NCBI GenBank assembly: GCA_964372275.1 | Contig: CAYJRR010000003.1 | Coordinates: 12,638 to 76,637 of the forward strand | Direction of reading: 5' to 3' | Source: an uncultured bacterium | GTDB taxonomy: Bacteria; CAYJRR01 | Length of the DNA stretch: 64,000 nt | Part shown: in pieces, positions 9,345 to 18,749 of the stretch | Position numbering within the stretch: position 1 is the first letter of the stretch | Layout: each line of letters begins with the position of its first letter | The notes under the pieces: generated by a model | Told to the model about the DNA's origin: nothing | Databases searched by the model: none | What the model saw: the letters and a program-made list of their open reading frames with translations, nothing else | Made by a program: the position numbers and the translations under genes

Positions 9345-9746
9345 ATGGGTTCGGTGACCGTCGTCGCGCGCGGGTCGCTCCTGGAGGGACGGATCGTCTC
9401 CGACGGAGAGGTGATCGTCGAAGAGGGGGCGGAGGTCCGCGCCGAGGTGCGGGCACGGCGGGTCGTGGTGCGCGGCGTGGTCCGCGGCGACGTGATCGCC
9501 CCCGAAGTGCGGCTGGAGGGGGGCGGCAAGCTGGTCGGCGGTCTGAGCACGCCGGCGGCGGAGGCGGCGGTGGCGGCGGCGGCGGCGGCGGCGACGCCGA
9601 AGGCCTCCCGCGCGCCGGTCACCTCGGCCTTGACCGAGGAGCTGGCGGAGGCGATCGCCTTCGACGCCGCGCGCGAGCTGACCTACGAGGCCGGGGCGGG
9701 CAGCCGCTTCGAGCCGGGTCTCGCGTCGGACAAGGAGCGCGCGTGA
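9345..9746 (+). CDS. Bactofilin-family cytoskeletal protein
   Basis: A beta-helical repeat pattern of alternating V/G/R (VVVRGVVRGDVIAPEVRLEGGGKLVGG) over about 90 aa, followed by an Ala-rich disordered tail. The stop overlaps the pyrE start. Confidence 0.55.
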   Translation: MGSVTVVARGSLLEGRIVSDGEVIVEEGAEVRAEVRARRVVVRGVVRGDVIAPEVRLEGGGKLVGGLSTPAAEAAVAAAAAAATPKASRAPVTSALTEELAEAIAFDAARELTYEAGAGSRFEPGLASDKERA

Positions 9747-10333
9747 CGACGGCGGCGCCACGGGCGGCGCTCCCGCCGGTCGAGCGGAGACGCCTGGCGG
9801 CGCTGCTCGCGCAGCGATCCTACGAAAACCGCAAGGTGACGCTTGCCTCCGGCCGCGAGAGCGACTTCTACCTCGACTGCAAGCAGACGACGCTCGAGCC
9901 GGAGGGTCTGTACCTCGCCGGCCGGCTCCTGCTGGATGCGGTGCGGCGGGGGGCGGCGGTCGACGCCGTCGGCGGTCCCACCCTCGGCGCCGACCCGCTG
10001 GTCGCCGCCTGCGCCGTCCTTTCCTTCCTGGACGGCCGCCCGCTACCGGCCTTCATCCTGCGCAAGGAGCCGAAGGGGCACGGCACGCGGGCCTACGTCG
10101 AAGGGGCCAAGTTCCTTCCCGAAGGGACGCGCGTGGCGATCGTCGAGGACGTGGTGACGACCGGCGGTTCGAGCCTGAAGGCGGCCGAGCGGGCGAAGGA
10201 GGCGGGCTTGCGGGTGGCGAAGATCGTCTGCCTCGTCGACCGCGAAGAGGGCGGGGCGGCGACGATCCGCGCCGCCGGATACGACCACGAAGCGATCTTC
10301 ACCATCGACGAGGTGCGACGTGCGTTGGCCTGA
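9743..10333 (+). CDS. pyrE: Orotate phosphoribosyltransferase
   Basis: PRPP-binding motif VAIVEDVVTTGGS and typical PyrE length. Confidence 0.8.
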   Translation: MTTAAPRAALPPVERRRLAALLAQRSYENRKVTLASGRESDFYLDCKQTTLEPEGLYLAGRLLLDAVRRGAAVDAVGGPTLGADPLVAACAVLSFLDGRPLPAFILRKEPKGHGTRAYVEGAKFLPEGTRVAIVEDVVTTGGSSLKAAERAKEAGLRVAKIVCLVDREEGGAATIRAAGYDHEAIFTIDEVRRALA

Positions 10334-11000
10334 TCGTCCGACTCTCTGGATCGCGGCGTTGGCGGCGATTGCGGCGTCCGGCTGCGGCGGCGCGCGCTCG
10401 CGGATGGCGAACGCCGCGGCGACCGCCGACGTGCGGCCGAAAGACTACGGGCGGGCGCACACCGAGTGGACGCGGACGGAGAAGGTCTACGACGGGCTGG
10501 AGACCAAGCTGCTCGCCACCGCGACCTACCGGTCGGCGGCCTTCCGCGACGCCTACGTCGACGAATACGCACGGCGATACCTGCTTTCGGAGCCGGCACG
10601 GGACGAGATGAACGCGCGCGAGCACGCGGAGGCGGAGCGCTACCACGAGCTGTTTTTCGCCGCCTACACCGGCGAGACGCGCTGGAACGACTTCTCCAAG
10701 CGCACGTCGATCTGGAAGCTCCGGCTGTTCGACGACCAGGGGGCGTACGTCGAGCCGTTGGTCGTCTCCAAGATCCCCGACGACGATCCGATCACGCGGG
10801 CGTTCTACCCGCAGTTCACCCCCTGGACGCGCGGTTACCTGGTGAAGTTTCCGCGTCCGGGCTTGAGCGAAGCGTCGAAGACGCTGCGGCTCCAGGTGGC
10901 GAGCGCCATCGGAGCGGCGGAGATGACGTTCGACCGGACGAAGGCCGACACCCCGGCCCCCGCAAGGGCGGAGGCGGAAGCCGGCACCGCGGCGCGGTGA
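10320..11000 (+). CDS. Lipoprotein, hypothetical
   Basis: Signal peptide with lipobox IAASGC and a low-complexity-free globular sequence. It overlaps the pyrE 3' end by 14 nt. Confidence 0.5.
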   Translation: MRWPDRPTLWIAALAAIAASGCGGARSRMANAAATADVRPKDYGRAHTEWTRTEKVYDGLETKLLATATYRSAAFRDAYVDEYARRYLLSEPARDEMNAREHAEAERYHELFFAAYTGETRWNDFSKRTSIWKLRLFDDQGAYVEPLVVSKIPDDDPITRAFYPQFTPWTRGYLVKFPRPGLSEASKTLRLQVASAIGAAEMTFDRTKADTPAPARAEAEAGTAAR

Positions 11001-11028
11001 CGAACGGCCGGGGTCGGGACCGGGGTCG

Positions 11029-12639
11029 TTACCTCGCCGGCGAGCGGAGGACGGTGTCGCGGCGCCACTCCTCGCGGGACTCCGGGCAGTCGAGCGTGTA
11101 GTGGAGGCCCCGGCTCTCCCGCCGCTCCCGCGCGCAGCGGATGACCAGGTCGCCGACCAGCGCGATGTTCCGCAGTTCGATCAGGTCGCGCGTCACCTTG
11201 AAGTTCCAGTAGTACTCGCCGATCTCCTGGAGCAGGAGCTCGATCCTCGCCTTGGCGCGGGCGAGGCGCTTGTCGGTGCGCACGATGCCGACGTAGTTCC
11301 ACAACGTGCGGCGGACTTCGTCCCAGTTGTGGGCGACGACGACGGCGTCGTCCGAATCGACGGCGGTGCCCGGGTCCCAGGCGGGCGGGGCCTCGTCGCG
11401 GCCGACCTCCGGAAGCCGTTCGATCGCCGCCGCCGCGGCGCGCGCGCCGAAGACCGCCCCTTCGAGGAGCGAGTTGGAGGCGAGCCGGTTGGCGCCGTGC
11501 AGACCGGTGCAGGCGACCTCCCCGACGGCGAACAGGTTCCGGAGGTCGGTCTCCCCCCGGTCGTCGGTCACCACTCCGCCGCATTGGTAGTGCGCCGCCG
11601 GCACCACCGGGATCGGTTCGGTCGCCATGTCGACCCCGAACCCCTTCGCCGTCTGCCACAGGTTCGGGAAGCGTTCACGGACGAACGCCTCTCCGCGGTG
11701 GGTGATGTCGAGGAGCACGAACTCGTCGCCGCGCCGCTTCAGCTCCGAGTCGATGGCCCGGGCGACGACGTCGCGCGGCGCCAGGTCCTTCATCGGGTGG
11801 TAGCGCTCCATGAAGGCGGCCCCGTCCGCGGTGCGGAGGATCCCCCCCTCGCCGCGCACCGCCTCCGAGATCAGGAACGAGCGGGCCTGCGGGTGGAACA
11901 TGCAGGTCGGGTGGAACTGCATGAACTCCAGGTTCGCCACCGAGCAGCCGGCGCGGTAGGCCATCGCCACCCCGTCCCCGGTCGCCACGTCGGGGTTCGA
12001 GGTGTAGAGGTAGACCTTCCCCGAACCGCCGGTGGCCAGCGTGGTGATGCGCGCCTGGATCGCGTGGACGCGGCCGGTGGGGACCTCCAGGGCGTAGGCG
12101 CCGAGCACCCGGTCCGGTTCGCCCGCCCGGGGGCGGCCGGCCTTCCTCTCCGTCTTGCGCGCGGTGATCAGGTCGATCGCGGCATGGTGCTCGAGGAAGA
12201 GCAGGTTCGGCTCCGCCTCCGCCGCCGCGACCAGGGCGCGGGCGATCTCCCGGCCGGTGATGTCCCCGGCGTGCACCACGCGCCGCCGGCTGTGCCCCCC
12301 TTCGCGGGCGAGCTCCCACGCGCCGCCGTCGGCGCGGGCGAAGCGCGCCCCGAGCGCCACCAGCTCGGCGATGCGGTCCGGCGCGTCGCGGACGACCAAC
12401 TCCACGATCTCGTGGTGGCACAGGCCCGCCCCGGCCGTCTCGGTGTCGCGTACGTGGTCTTCAAAGGTGTCTTCCGGGTCGAGAACGGCGGCGATCCCCC
12501 CCTGGGCGTGCGCGGTGTTCGACTCGGTCGCCCCCCGTTTGGTCATCACCGCGACCGTCCCGTGACGCGCGGCGCGCAGGGCGAACGACAGCCCCGCGAT
12601 GCCCCCGCCGATCACCAGGAAGTCGACGCGTGTCTCCAT
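11029..12639 (-). CDS. nadB: L-aspartate oxidase
   Basis: FAD-binding N-terminus METRVDFLVIGGGIAGLS and the fumarate-reductase/succinate-dehydrogenase flavoprotein fold, including RGEGG and HYQCGG. The true start lies 390 codons inside the 926-aa ORF-track entry, whose upstream part is an artefact. Confidence 0.8.
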   Translation of the reverse strand: METRVDFLVIGGGIAGLSFALRAARHGTVAVMTKRGATESNTAHAQGGIAAVLDPEDTFEDHVRDTETAGAGLCHHEIVELVVRDAPDRIAELVALGARFARADGGAWELAREGGHSRRRVVHAGDITGREIARALVAAAEAEPNLLFLEHHAAIDLITARKTERKAGRPRAGEPDRVLGAYALEVPTGRVHAIQARITTLATGGSGKVYLYTSNPDVATGDGVAMAYRAGCSVANLEFMQFHPTCMFHPQARSFLISEAVRGEGGILRTADGAAFMERYHPMKDLAPRDVVARAIDSELKRRGDEFVLLDITHRGEAFVRERFPNLWQTAKGFGVDMATEPIPVVPAAHYQCGGVVTDDRGETDLRNLFAVGEVACTGLHGANRLASNSLLEGAVFGARAAAAAIERLPEVGRDEAPPAWDPGTAVDSDDAVVVAHNWDEVRRTLWNYVGIVRTDKRLARAKARIELLLQEIGEYYWNFKVTRDLIELRNIALVGDLVIRCARERRESRGLHYTLDCPESREEWRRDTVLRSPAR

Positions 12640-12669
12640 GCCGTGAACGGCGAAGAGTAGCGTAAAATC

Positions 12670-13284
12670 GTGGCAGCGGTGGGTCGTCGGGTGACACTGG
12701 CGTTGGGTCTGCTCCTCGTGGCCGGAACCGCCCGGGCGGGCACGATCTATCTGGCCCGGGACGAATCGGGGAACCTCCTCTTCACCGACTCGCCGACGAC
12801 GCCGGACGCGGTCGTCGTCTTCGCCCGCGAGCCTCCCGCCGCCGATCCGACGGTCGATCACGCCCTTCTCGAGCGGAAGTTCGACCCGCTGATCCTCCAG
12901 TTCGCGGAGCAGTACCGGGTCGATCCGTTCCTGGTGAAGGCGATGATCCGCACCGAGTCGAAGTTCGATCCGGGGGCCGTGTCGGCCGCGGGGGCGCGTG
13001 GGCTGATGCAGTTGATGCCCGGGACGGCGGAGCGATTCGGCGTGAAGAACGTCCACGATCCGGCGCAGAACATCCGCGGAGGGGTGGCCTACCTGCGGTG
13101 GCTGCTGGACGAGTTCCGCGGCGATCGGAAGCTCGCCGTCGCCGCCTACAACTGCGGGGAGGGCGTGGTGCGGCGTGTCCGACGCGTCCCGGAGATCCGG
13201 GAGACGCTCGGCTACGTCGCCAAGGTCGAGGAGGCCGACCGCGACTACCGGGAGCGCGGATTCTCGGCCCGTACCCTGCCGTAG
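12670..13284 (+). CDS. Lytic transglycosylase (SLT-domain) with signal peptide
   Basis: SLT catalytic motif ESKFDPGAVSAAGARGLMQLMP. GTG start. Divergent from nadB. Confidence 0.7.
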   Translation: MAAVGRRVTLALGLLLVAGTARAGTIYLARDESGNLLFTDSPTTPDAVVVFAREPPAADPTVDHALLERKFDPLILQFAEQYRVDPFLVKAMIRTESKFDPGAVSAAGARGLMQLMPGTAERFGVKNVHDPAQNIRGGVAYLRWLLDEFRGDRKLAVAAYNCGEGVVRRVRRVPEIRETLGYVAKVEEADRDYRERGFSARTLP

Positions 13285-13335
13285 CGGTTCGTCGGGGAAG
13301 ACAACGCGCCGGCGACTTGTTACAACCGCCCCCCG

Positions 13336-13941
13336 ATGTCGGCGCGGACGCCACGCAAACCGGGATTCTGGAACGCGGCCAACGTCATCACCGTCGGCCG
13401 GATCCTGATGATCCCGGCGGTGATGGCGTTCCTGTTCACCGATCGCCCGTGGGCCGGGTGGACGGCGATGGTGATCTTCGTCGTGGCGGCGATCTCCGAC
13501 GTGATCGACGGCTACCTCGCGCGCAAGCAGGGGACCGTTTCGGTCGTGGGGGCCTTCCTCGATCCGCTGGCCGACAAGCTGATGGTGATGGCGGTGATGG
13601 TGATGCTGATCCCCCTGGGTCGCATCCCGGCGTGGCTGGTCGTCCTGCTGCTCGCGCGGGAGCTGGTGATCACCGGACTGCGTGGCATCGCCAGCGCCGA
13701 GGGGATCATCATCGCCGCCAGCGGGGGTGGGAAGTACAAGACCGCCTACCAGATGACCGGCCTGTCGTTCCTGCTGATCCATTACGAATACCTGGAGATC
13801 GACACCCACGTCGTCGGACTGTGGCTGATGTTCATCTCGGCCTGGCTCTCGCTGAAGTCGGGATGGGAGTACTGCTACGAGTTCTGGCGCATGAGCCGCC
13901 TGCGGGAGGGCGCGCCCGCGGCCGACGCCAAAGGCGCTTGA
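13336..13941 (+). CDS. pgsA: CDP-diacylglycerol--glycerol-3-phosphate 3-phosphatidyltransferase
   Basis: CDP-alcohol phosphatidyltransferase motif DVIDGYLAR...GAFLDPLADK and a multi-TM topology. Confidence 0.75.
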   Translation: MSARTPRKPGFWNAANVITVGRILMIPAVMAFLFTDRPWAGWTAMVIFVVAAISDVIDGYLARKQGTVSVVGAFLDPLADKLMVMAVMVMLIPLGRIPAWLVVLLLARELVITGLRGIASAEGIIIAASGGGKYKTAYQMTGLSFLLIHYEYLEIDTHVVGLWLMFISAWLSLKSGWEYCYEFWRMSRLREGAPAADAKGA

Positions 13942-13978
13942 CTTCGACCGGGCCGGTGGGTATTCGTTCAGGCAGCTC

Positions 13979-14054
13979 GCGGGAATAGCTCAGTTGGTAG
14001 AGCGTCACGTTGCCAACGTGAATGTCGCCGGTTCAAGTCCGGTTTCCCGCTCCA
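13979..14054 (+). tRNA. tRNA-Gly (anticodon GCC)
   Basis: GCGGGAATAGCTCAGTTGGTAGAGC... cloverleaf. The anticodon loop is TTGCCAA, the T-arm GGTTCAAGTCC, and the acceptor stem GCGGGAA/TTCCCGC followed by CCA. Confidence 0.8.
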
Positions 14055-14065
14055 GACGGTTCGAT

Positions 14066-14098
14066 GGCCCGGTATCCCGCCGGGCTTTCGTTTTTTCG
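14066..14098 (+). terminator. Intrinsic terminator after tRNA-Gly, possibly bidirectional for the convergent peptidase gene
   Basis: GCCCGG-tatcccg-CCGGGC hairpin followed by TTTCGTTTTTTCG. Confidence 0.45.
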
Positions 14099-14142
14099 TA
14101 CCGATCGGTTTCGCCGCGTCGCGGCGCGCGACGCGCGCGGCG

Positions 14143-15141
14143 TTACGGCCTTTCCGCCAACGCCAGCGTCGCCTGGTAGACGCCGGCGGCGACCTTCGAC
14201 ATCCGCGCATAGTCGAGCGACTCCGGGACGTCGCGGTCGGTGTGGTAGCGGTCGTTCCGGTAGAACGAGGTGTCGGTGATCATCCCGGCGGTCCAGCCGT
14301 GGGCCCAGTAGTTCAGGTGATCGGAGAAGTCGACGCCGGGGATCCTGGCCAGGCCGTTCATCGAGCGGACGGGAAGATTGGAGGCGCCGGCGAAGGCCGC
14401 CTTCACCCGGCGCACGAACGATCCCTGTCCCACCTTCCCGATCACGGCGATGAAGTTGCCGCGGGAAGGGTAGAGCGGGCGCAGCAACGCCGTCGGGAAG
14501 CGCTGGCTTTTCGGTTCGTCGGTAAAGAAACCGACCATCTCGATCGAGAGCATCGCCCGCACCTCGACCCCTTCGCGCGCGAGCGATTCGGCGTGGACGG
14601 CGCTCCCCATCCGGTCGGTGCGGAAGAACGGCGGTTCCTCCAGCGAGTAGGCCACCAAGTCGACGCGGGTGGAGAGCTCGCGCGTCTCCCCCAACAGCCG
14701 CGCCACCTCCAGCAGCACCGCCACGCCGCTGGCGTTGTCGTCGGCGCCGGGCTGTGGACCGGCGGTGTCGTAGTGGGCGCCCAGGACGATCCGCGGTCCC
14801 GCCTCGGGGCCGAAGGAGGCGATCACGTTCCGGTACTCCGCGCCGCGCGCCTCGTGAGCGGCGCGGAACGGCTGTTCGGAGACCCGGCCGCCGCCCTCGG
14901 CGAACCGTTCCGCGAGGTACGCGGCCGCGGCGTCGAGGTTGGCGGCGTGCTGGTAATCGCGCGGGTGAAAACGCTCGGCGAGGGCGCGGACGTGCGCTTC
15001 GAGGCGCGCCGGGTCGACCTCGCGGCCGATGCCGGTGGGAGGACGCGGACGCACCCACGGCTGGGTGACGAAGCAGCACGCGGAGAGCGGAACGACGGCG
15101 GCGAGCGCGAGGAGGAGCGGCCTGCGCGACGGTCGGCTCAT
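14143..15141 (-). CDS. M28-family zinc aminopeptidase, lipoprotein
   Basis: Lipobox PLSAC. The M28 metal-ligand region is GAHYDTAGPQPGADDNASGVAVLLEVAR. Confidence 0.65.
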   Translation of the reverse strand: MSRPSRRPLLLALAAVVPLSACCFVTQPWVRPRPPTGIGREVDPARLEAHVRALAERFHPRDYQHAANLDAAAAYLAERFAEGGGRVSEQPFRAAHEARGAEYRNVIASFGPEAGPRIVLGAHYDTAGPQPGADDNASGVAVLLEVARLLGETRELSTRVDLVAYSLEEPPFFRTDRMGSAVHAESLAREGVEVRAMLSIEMVGFFTDEPKSQRFPTALLRPLYPSRGNFIAVIGKVGQGSFVRRVKAAFAGASNLPVRSMNGLARIPGVDFSDHLNYWAHGWTAGMITDTSFYRNDRYHTDRDVPESLDYARMSKVAAGVYQATLALAERP

Positions 15142-15169
15142 GGGGAAGGGGGGCCGATGCGGCTCGGCG

Positions 15170-16465
15170 CTACAGCCGCACGAAGTAGGAGTCGCACGCC
15201 CGGTCGATCAGCTCCTTCGCCAGCTTCGGGGGGACGGCGTAGTACTTGGCGATCGACTCGATCTGGCCGAGGACGTCGCGGGGGTGGACGGAGCGGGGTT
15301 CGAACTTCTTCTCCACGTACTGCCGGTTCCAGATGTACTTCACCGCCTCTTCGGAGAACTCGATCCCCTTGGCGGCGCACATCGCCTCGAAGATCTTCAC
15401 CATCTCCTCGTAGGTCGGACTGTCGAAGCCGATCTTGAACTTGATGCGGCGGAGGAACGCCTCGTCGACCAGGTCCTTCGGCTCCAGGTTGGTGGAGAAG
15501 ATGATCAGCTCGTTGAACGGGACGTTGATCTTCTGCCCGGTGTGGAGGGTCAGGAAGTCGACGCGGGACTCCAGCGGCACGATCCAGCGGTTCAGGAGCT
15601 CCTGCGGGCGGCAGGCCTGCCGGCCGAAGTCGTCGATCAGGAAGATCCCGCAGTTGGCCTTCATCTGGAACGGCGCTTCGTAGAACTTCGAATACTCGTG
15701 GTAGATGAGATCGAGGTTCTCGAGCGTCAGCTCGCCGCCGACCATCACGAACGGCCGTTGCGTCTTGACCCAGCGCAGGTCGATCGAGCCGGCGCGCACC
15801 TTGGCCGCCACGTCGTTGGGGTCGATCTTGGCGTCGACCCGCTTGTGCACGATCTCGTCGTAGACCTTGATGATGCTCCCGGCGAACTCCACGGCGTGCG
15901 GCGTGTAGACCTCGCCGCCCAGGCAGCGCGCCAGGCGCTCGGCGACCGAGGTCTTCCCGTTGCCGGGTTTTCCGAACAGGAACATCGAATGCCCGGAGTT
16001 GGCGGCCGGGCCCATCAGCGAGAAGACGCGCGGATTGATGATGAGGTCCTTCATCGCCTCCTTCATCTGCTCGCGGGTGACGGTCACCTCCCGGATCCCC
16101 TGCAAGGCGACGGCCCGTCGATAGCGATCGAAGGGGATCGGCGCCGGGCCGATGTAGGTGTTGCGGCTCATCGCCTCGGTCACCTTGTTGCGGCCGCGCT
16201 CGGTGAGCGAGAACTCCATCGTCGACTTGCCGAAATCCTGGCCGCCGCGCGCCTCGACGAACTTCTCCTCCTTGAGGCGGTCGATGATCGCCTCGGTCAC
16301 GTCGGCGAACGGGAGGGCGATGACGTCGGCGATGTCGATCCCGCGTGCGTAGCCGTTGCGGTGGATGATCTTGAGGGCGAGGTCGACCAGCACGCTCTCC
16401 TCGAGGCCGGTCTCGGCCAGGCTTTTGGGAGCGCGAACCAGCTCGGCGAGGGTGGGTTCCGGCAC
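15170..16465 (-). CDS. AAA+ family ATPase of unknown function, with an N-terminal winged-helix-like domain
   Basis: Walker A FLFGKPGNGKTSV and Walker B-like FLIDDFGRQ. 431 aa. I could not place the family more precisely. Confidence 0.6.
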   Translation of the reverse strand: MPEPTLAELVRAPKSLAETGLEESVLVDLALKIIHRNGYARGIDIADVIALPFADVTEAIIDRLKEEKFVEARGGQDFGKSTMEFSLTERGRNKVTEAMSRNTYIGPAPIPFDRYRRAVALQGIREVTVTREQMKEAMKDLIINPRVFSLMGPAANSGHSMFLFGKPGNGKTSVAERLARCLGGEVYTPHAVEFAGSIIKVYDEIVHKRVDAKIDPNDVAAKVRAGSIDLRWVKTQRPFVMVGGELTLENLDLIYHEYSKFYEAPFQMKANCGIFLIDDFGRQACRPQELLNRWIVPLESRVDFLTLHTGQKINVPFNELIIFSTNLEPKDLVDEAFLRRIKFKIGFDSPTYEEMVKIFEAMCAAKGIEFSEEAVKYIWNRQYVEKKFEPRSVHPRDVLGQIESIAKYYAVPPKLAKELIDRACDSYFVRL

Positions 16466-16468
16466 GAG

Positions 16469-16720
16469 CTATTCGTAGCGGAGCCACTCGCAGAGCGAGT
16501 GGTCGTGGTAGTCGCCGAGGAAGACGTGGTCGTTGTGCCGATGCCGGACCGACCGCTGGCAGTAGCCGTACTCCAGGTGCGTGGCGTCGGCCCCGACGGT
16601 CGCGGCGCAGCCGGCCGCCAGCCCCGACGCAAGGAGCAGGAGGGCGAGCGCGGCCGCGCGTGGGCGCGCGCGTCGACGAGTGGGACGGCGGTCGCGCGTG
16701 CGGGGAGAGCGCATGGTCAT
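16469..16720 (-). CDS. Small Cys/His-rich lipoprotein (about 83 aa), hypothetical
   Basis: MTMRSPRTRDRR...LLLLASGLAAGC lipobox, then a C-terminal 45 aa containing 3 Cys and 8 His. Its start overlaps the upstream lipoprotein stop as ATGA. Its stop lies 3 nt before the ATPase start. Confidence 0.45.
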   Translation of the reverse strand: MTMRSPRTRDRRPTRRRARPRAAALALLLLASGLAAGCAATVGADATHLEYGYCQRSVRHRHNDHVFLGDYHDHSLCEWLRYE

Positions 16721-17232
16721 CCTCTCGCGCTGCGCTTCCGTTGCAGCGCCTGTTGGATCCGTTCGATCACCTCGATCTCCTTGGCCGTGGAGGAGGGGAT
16801 GTCGATCCATTCGTAGATCCGGCCGTTGAACTCGAGGTTCGCCGAGATGACGTCCTTCAACACCTTCTCGCTGGTCGTCACCCGGATCGTCGTCCGGTTT
16901 CCGGAGGAGGTGAGGCGCACCTGCACCTTGTACTTCACCTTCACCGGGATTCTTGTGCCGCCGTAGTTGGCAAAGACGTAGTCGGACTGGCCGAGGATCC
17001 ATTCGGTGATGATCAACCCCTTGGAGCGCTCGGACGCCTCGATCTGCTGGAACTTCTGCTCCATCGCCTGCACCGACGCGTCCCAGGCGACGTTGAACGG
17101 CGCGTCGAAGGTCCCGAAGACCGGACGCTCCTCGTAGAGGGGGAGATCGTCCTCCGGATAGAGCTCGGGGGCGCATCCGGCGAGGAGCTGCGCGACGAAC
17201 AGGACCGCCAAGGCGGCGAACCGTCGGAGCAT
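16717..17232 (-). CDS. Lipoprotein, hypothetical
   Basis: Signal peptide and lipobox LLAGC. Lys-rich globular body with coding-like composition. Confidence 0.55.
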   Translation of the reverse strand: MLRRFAALAVLFVAQLLAGCAPELYPEDDLPLYEERPVFGTFDAPFNVAWDASVQAMEQKFQQIEASERSKGLIITEWILGQSDYVFANYGGTRIPVKVKYKVQVRLTSSGNRTTIRVTTSEKVLKDVISANLEFNGRIYEWIDIPSSTAKEIEVIERIQQALQRKRSARG

Positions 17233-17288
17233 GTGAGCATTCTACGCCCCCCTTTCCAACCGCGGCAACCGGAGCACCGCGAACCGAA

Positions 17289-17335
17289 CCGATCCGCTAC
17301 CGATACGGATCCGATCGGGAGTCGGATGCCCCGCT
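17289..17335 (+). repeat. Hexamer-periodic CCGA(A/T)(A/C) array, site A
   Basis: CGAACC GAACCG ATCCGC TACCGA TACGGA TCCGAT CGG. A related array sits at 19899..19975. Confidence 0.3.
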
Positions 17336-17362
17336 TGCCGCGGCGTTCGTCGGCGGGGTACG

Positions 17363-18340
17363 GTGCCGGTCGTGGCGCGGGACCCGCTCGAATGGATCCG
17401 CCGCATGGACGCCGGGGACCCGGTGGGGGTGGCCCGGCTGATCACGCAGGTGGAGCGCCGCGGATCGAACCTGGCGTCGGTGATGTCCGAGATCCACCGG
17501 CGGACGCGCGGAGTCCCCTGCATCGGGATCACCGGTCCCCCGGGCGCCGGAAAGAGCACGATCGTCGACCATCTGATCGCCTCCTTCCGGGCCGACGGCA
17601 AGCGGGTCGGCGTGATCGCGGTCGACCCGTCCAGCCCCTTCTCCGGCGGCGCGGTGCTGGGGGACCGCATCCGCATGGTCCGACATTCGCTCGACGGTGG
17701 GGTCTTCATCCGCAGCCTCGGCACGCGCGGGCGGCACGGCGGGTTGTCGCGCGCCACGCGCGACATCCGGCTGGTGCTCGATGCCGAGGGGCGCGACGTG
17801 GTGCTGGTCGAGACGGTCGGCGTCGGTCAGACCGAGCTCGACGTGATGGAGGTGGCCGACACCACCGTCGTCGTCCTGGTTCCGGAGGCGGGGGACGCGG
17901 TGCAGACGCTCAAGGCGGGGCTGCTGGAGATCGCCGACCTGTTCGTCGTGAACAAGGCCGACCGCGAAGGGGCCGACCGGATGGTCGGCGACCTGCAGAA
18001 CCTCGTGGCGCTGCGGGGACCGCGGGACGGTTGGGAGACGCCGGTGCTGTCGACCTCGGCGGTGCGCGGGGAAGGGGTGCGCGAGCTGTACGAGACGCTT
18101 CTCCGACACGGCGCCCACCGCGCCGCCCGCTCCGGCGGGCGGGGGGCGGGCGGGCGGGCCGCGCGGGTGTTGCGCGAGATCCTCGCCGAGCGGGTCGACG
18201 TCAACCTGGAGCGGCTGCTGGCCGACGACCCGGCGGCGCGCGCCGTCGTGGAGGAGGTCGCCGCCGGCCGGGTCGACGCCTACACCGCCTCCGACCGCCT
18301 GGCGTCGCTCCTCGGATCGCGCGCGCTCGGGACGTCGTGA
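17363..18340 (+). CDS. meaB: Methylmalonyl-CoA mutase-associated GTPase (ArgK/MeaB)
   Basis: P-loop GITGPPGAGKST and the VNKAD G4 motif. Typical MeaB length. GTG start. Confidence 0.75.
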   Translation: MPVVARDPLEWIRRMDAGDPVGVARLITQVERRGSNLASVMSEIHRRTRGVPCIGITGPPGAGKSTIVDHLIASFRADGKRVGVIAVDPSSPFSGGAVLGDRIRMVRHSLDGGVFIRSLGTRGRHGGLSRATRDIRLVLDAEGRDVVLVETVGVGQTELDVMEVADTTVVVLVPEAGDAVQTLKAGLLEIADLFVVNKADREGADRMVGDLQNLVALRGPRDGWETPVLSTSAVRGEGVRELYETLLRHGAHRAARSGGRGAGGRAARVLREILAERVDVNLERLLADDPAARAVVEEVAAGRVDAYTASDRLASLLGSRALGTS

Positions 18341-18480
18341 TCGGAGACCGGTCCGACGTCGAACAGGTCCTGGAACAGATTGGCGAAGAGGGAGTCGAGC
18401 AGCTCGTCGACCTCGTCGTAGTCGAGCGCCAGCCGCTGGGAGACCGAGCGGTAGGGGAAGATCGCCTTGGGGATCGTCAT
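18280..18480 (-). CDS. Hypothetical small protein (66 aa)
   Basis: ATG preceded by GAGGAG at -7. Acidic helical protein. Its C-terminal 20 codons overlap the meaB 3' end convergently. Confidence 0.35.
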   Translation of the reverse strand: MTIPKAIFPYRSVSQRLALDYDEVDELLDSLFANLFQDLFDVGPVSDHDVPSARDPRSDARRSEAV

Positions 18481-18511
18481 CGGTGGCTCCTCGTTTTTCG
18501 GCGCGTGAGGG

Positions 18512-18739
18512 TCAGACGTAGTGGCGGGGGGCGCGGGCGATGCAGAACAGCCCGCCGTAGAGCTCGGCGACGCGAGGGCCCCTCTCGACGTAGCGCTCGA
18601 AGGCGCACTCGACGGCGAGCCCGATCTGCTCCTCCTCGGCGGCGGTCAGCACCTCGAGTCCGGTTCGCGGGCGCGATTCGGTGCGTTCGATTTTGAACAT
18701 CTCGGTCAGCAGCCGCTTTCCCTTGTAGAGATCGTCCAC
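18512..18739 (-). CDS. Hypothetical small protein (75 aa)
   Basis: High GC3 in this frame. The antisense ORF 18521..18769 is an RG-type artefact. Sits immediately downstream of the AT-rich promoter island. Confidence 0.4.
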   Translation of the reverse strand: MDDLYKGKRLLTEMFKIERTESRPRTGLEVLTAAEEEQIGLAVECAFERYVERGPRVAELYGGLFCIARAPRHYV

Positions 18740-18749
18740 GTTCGGCCCC

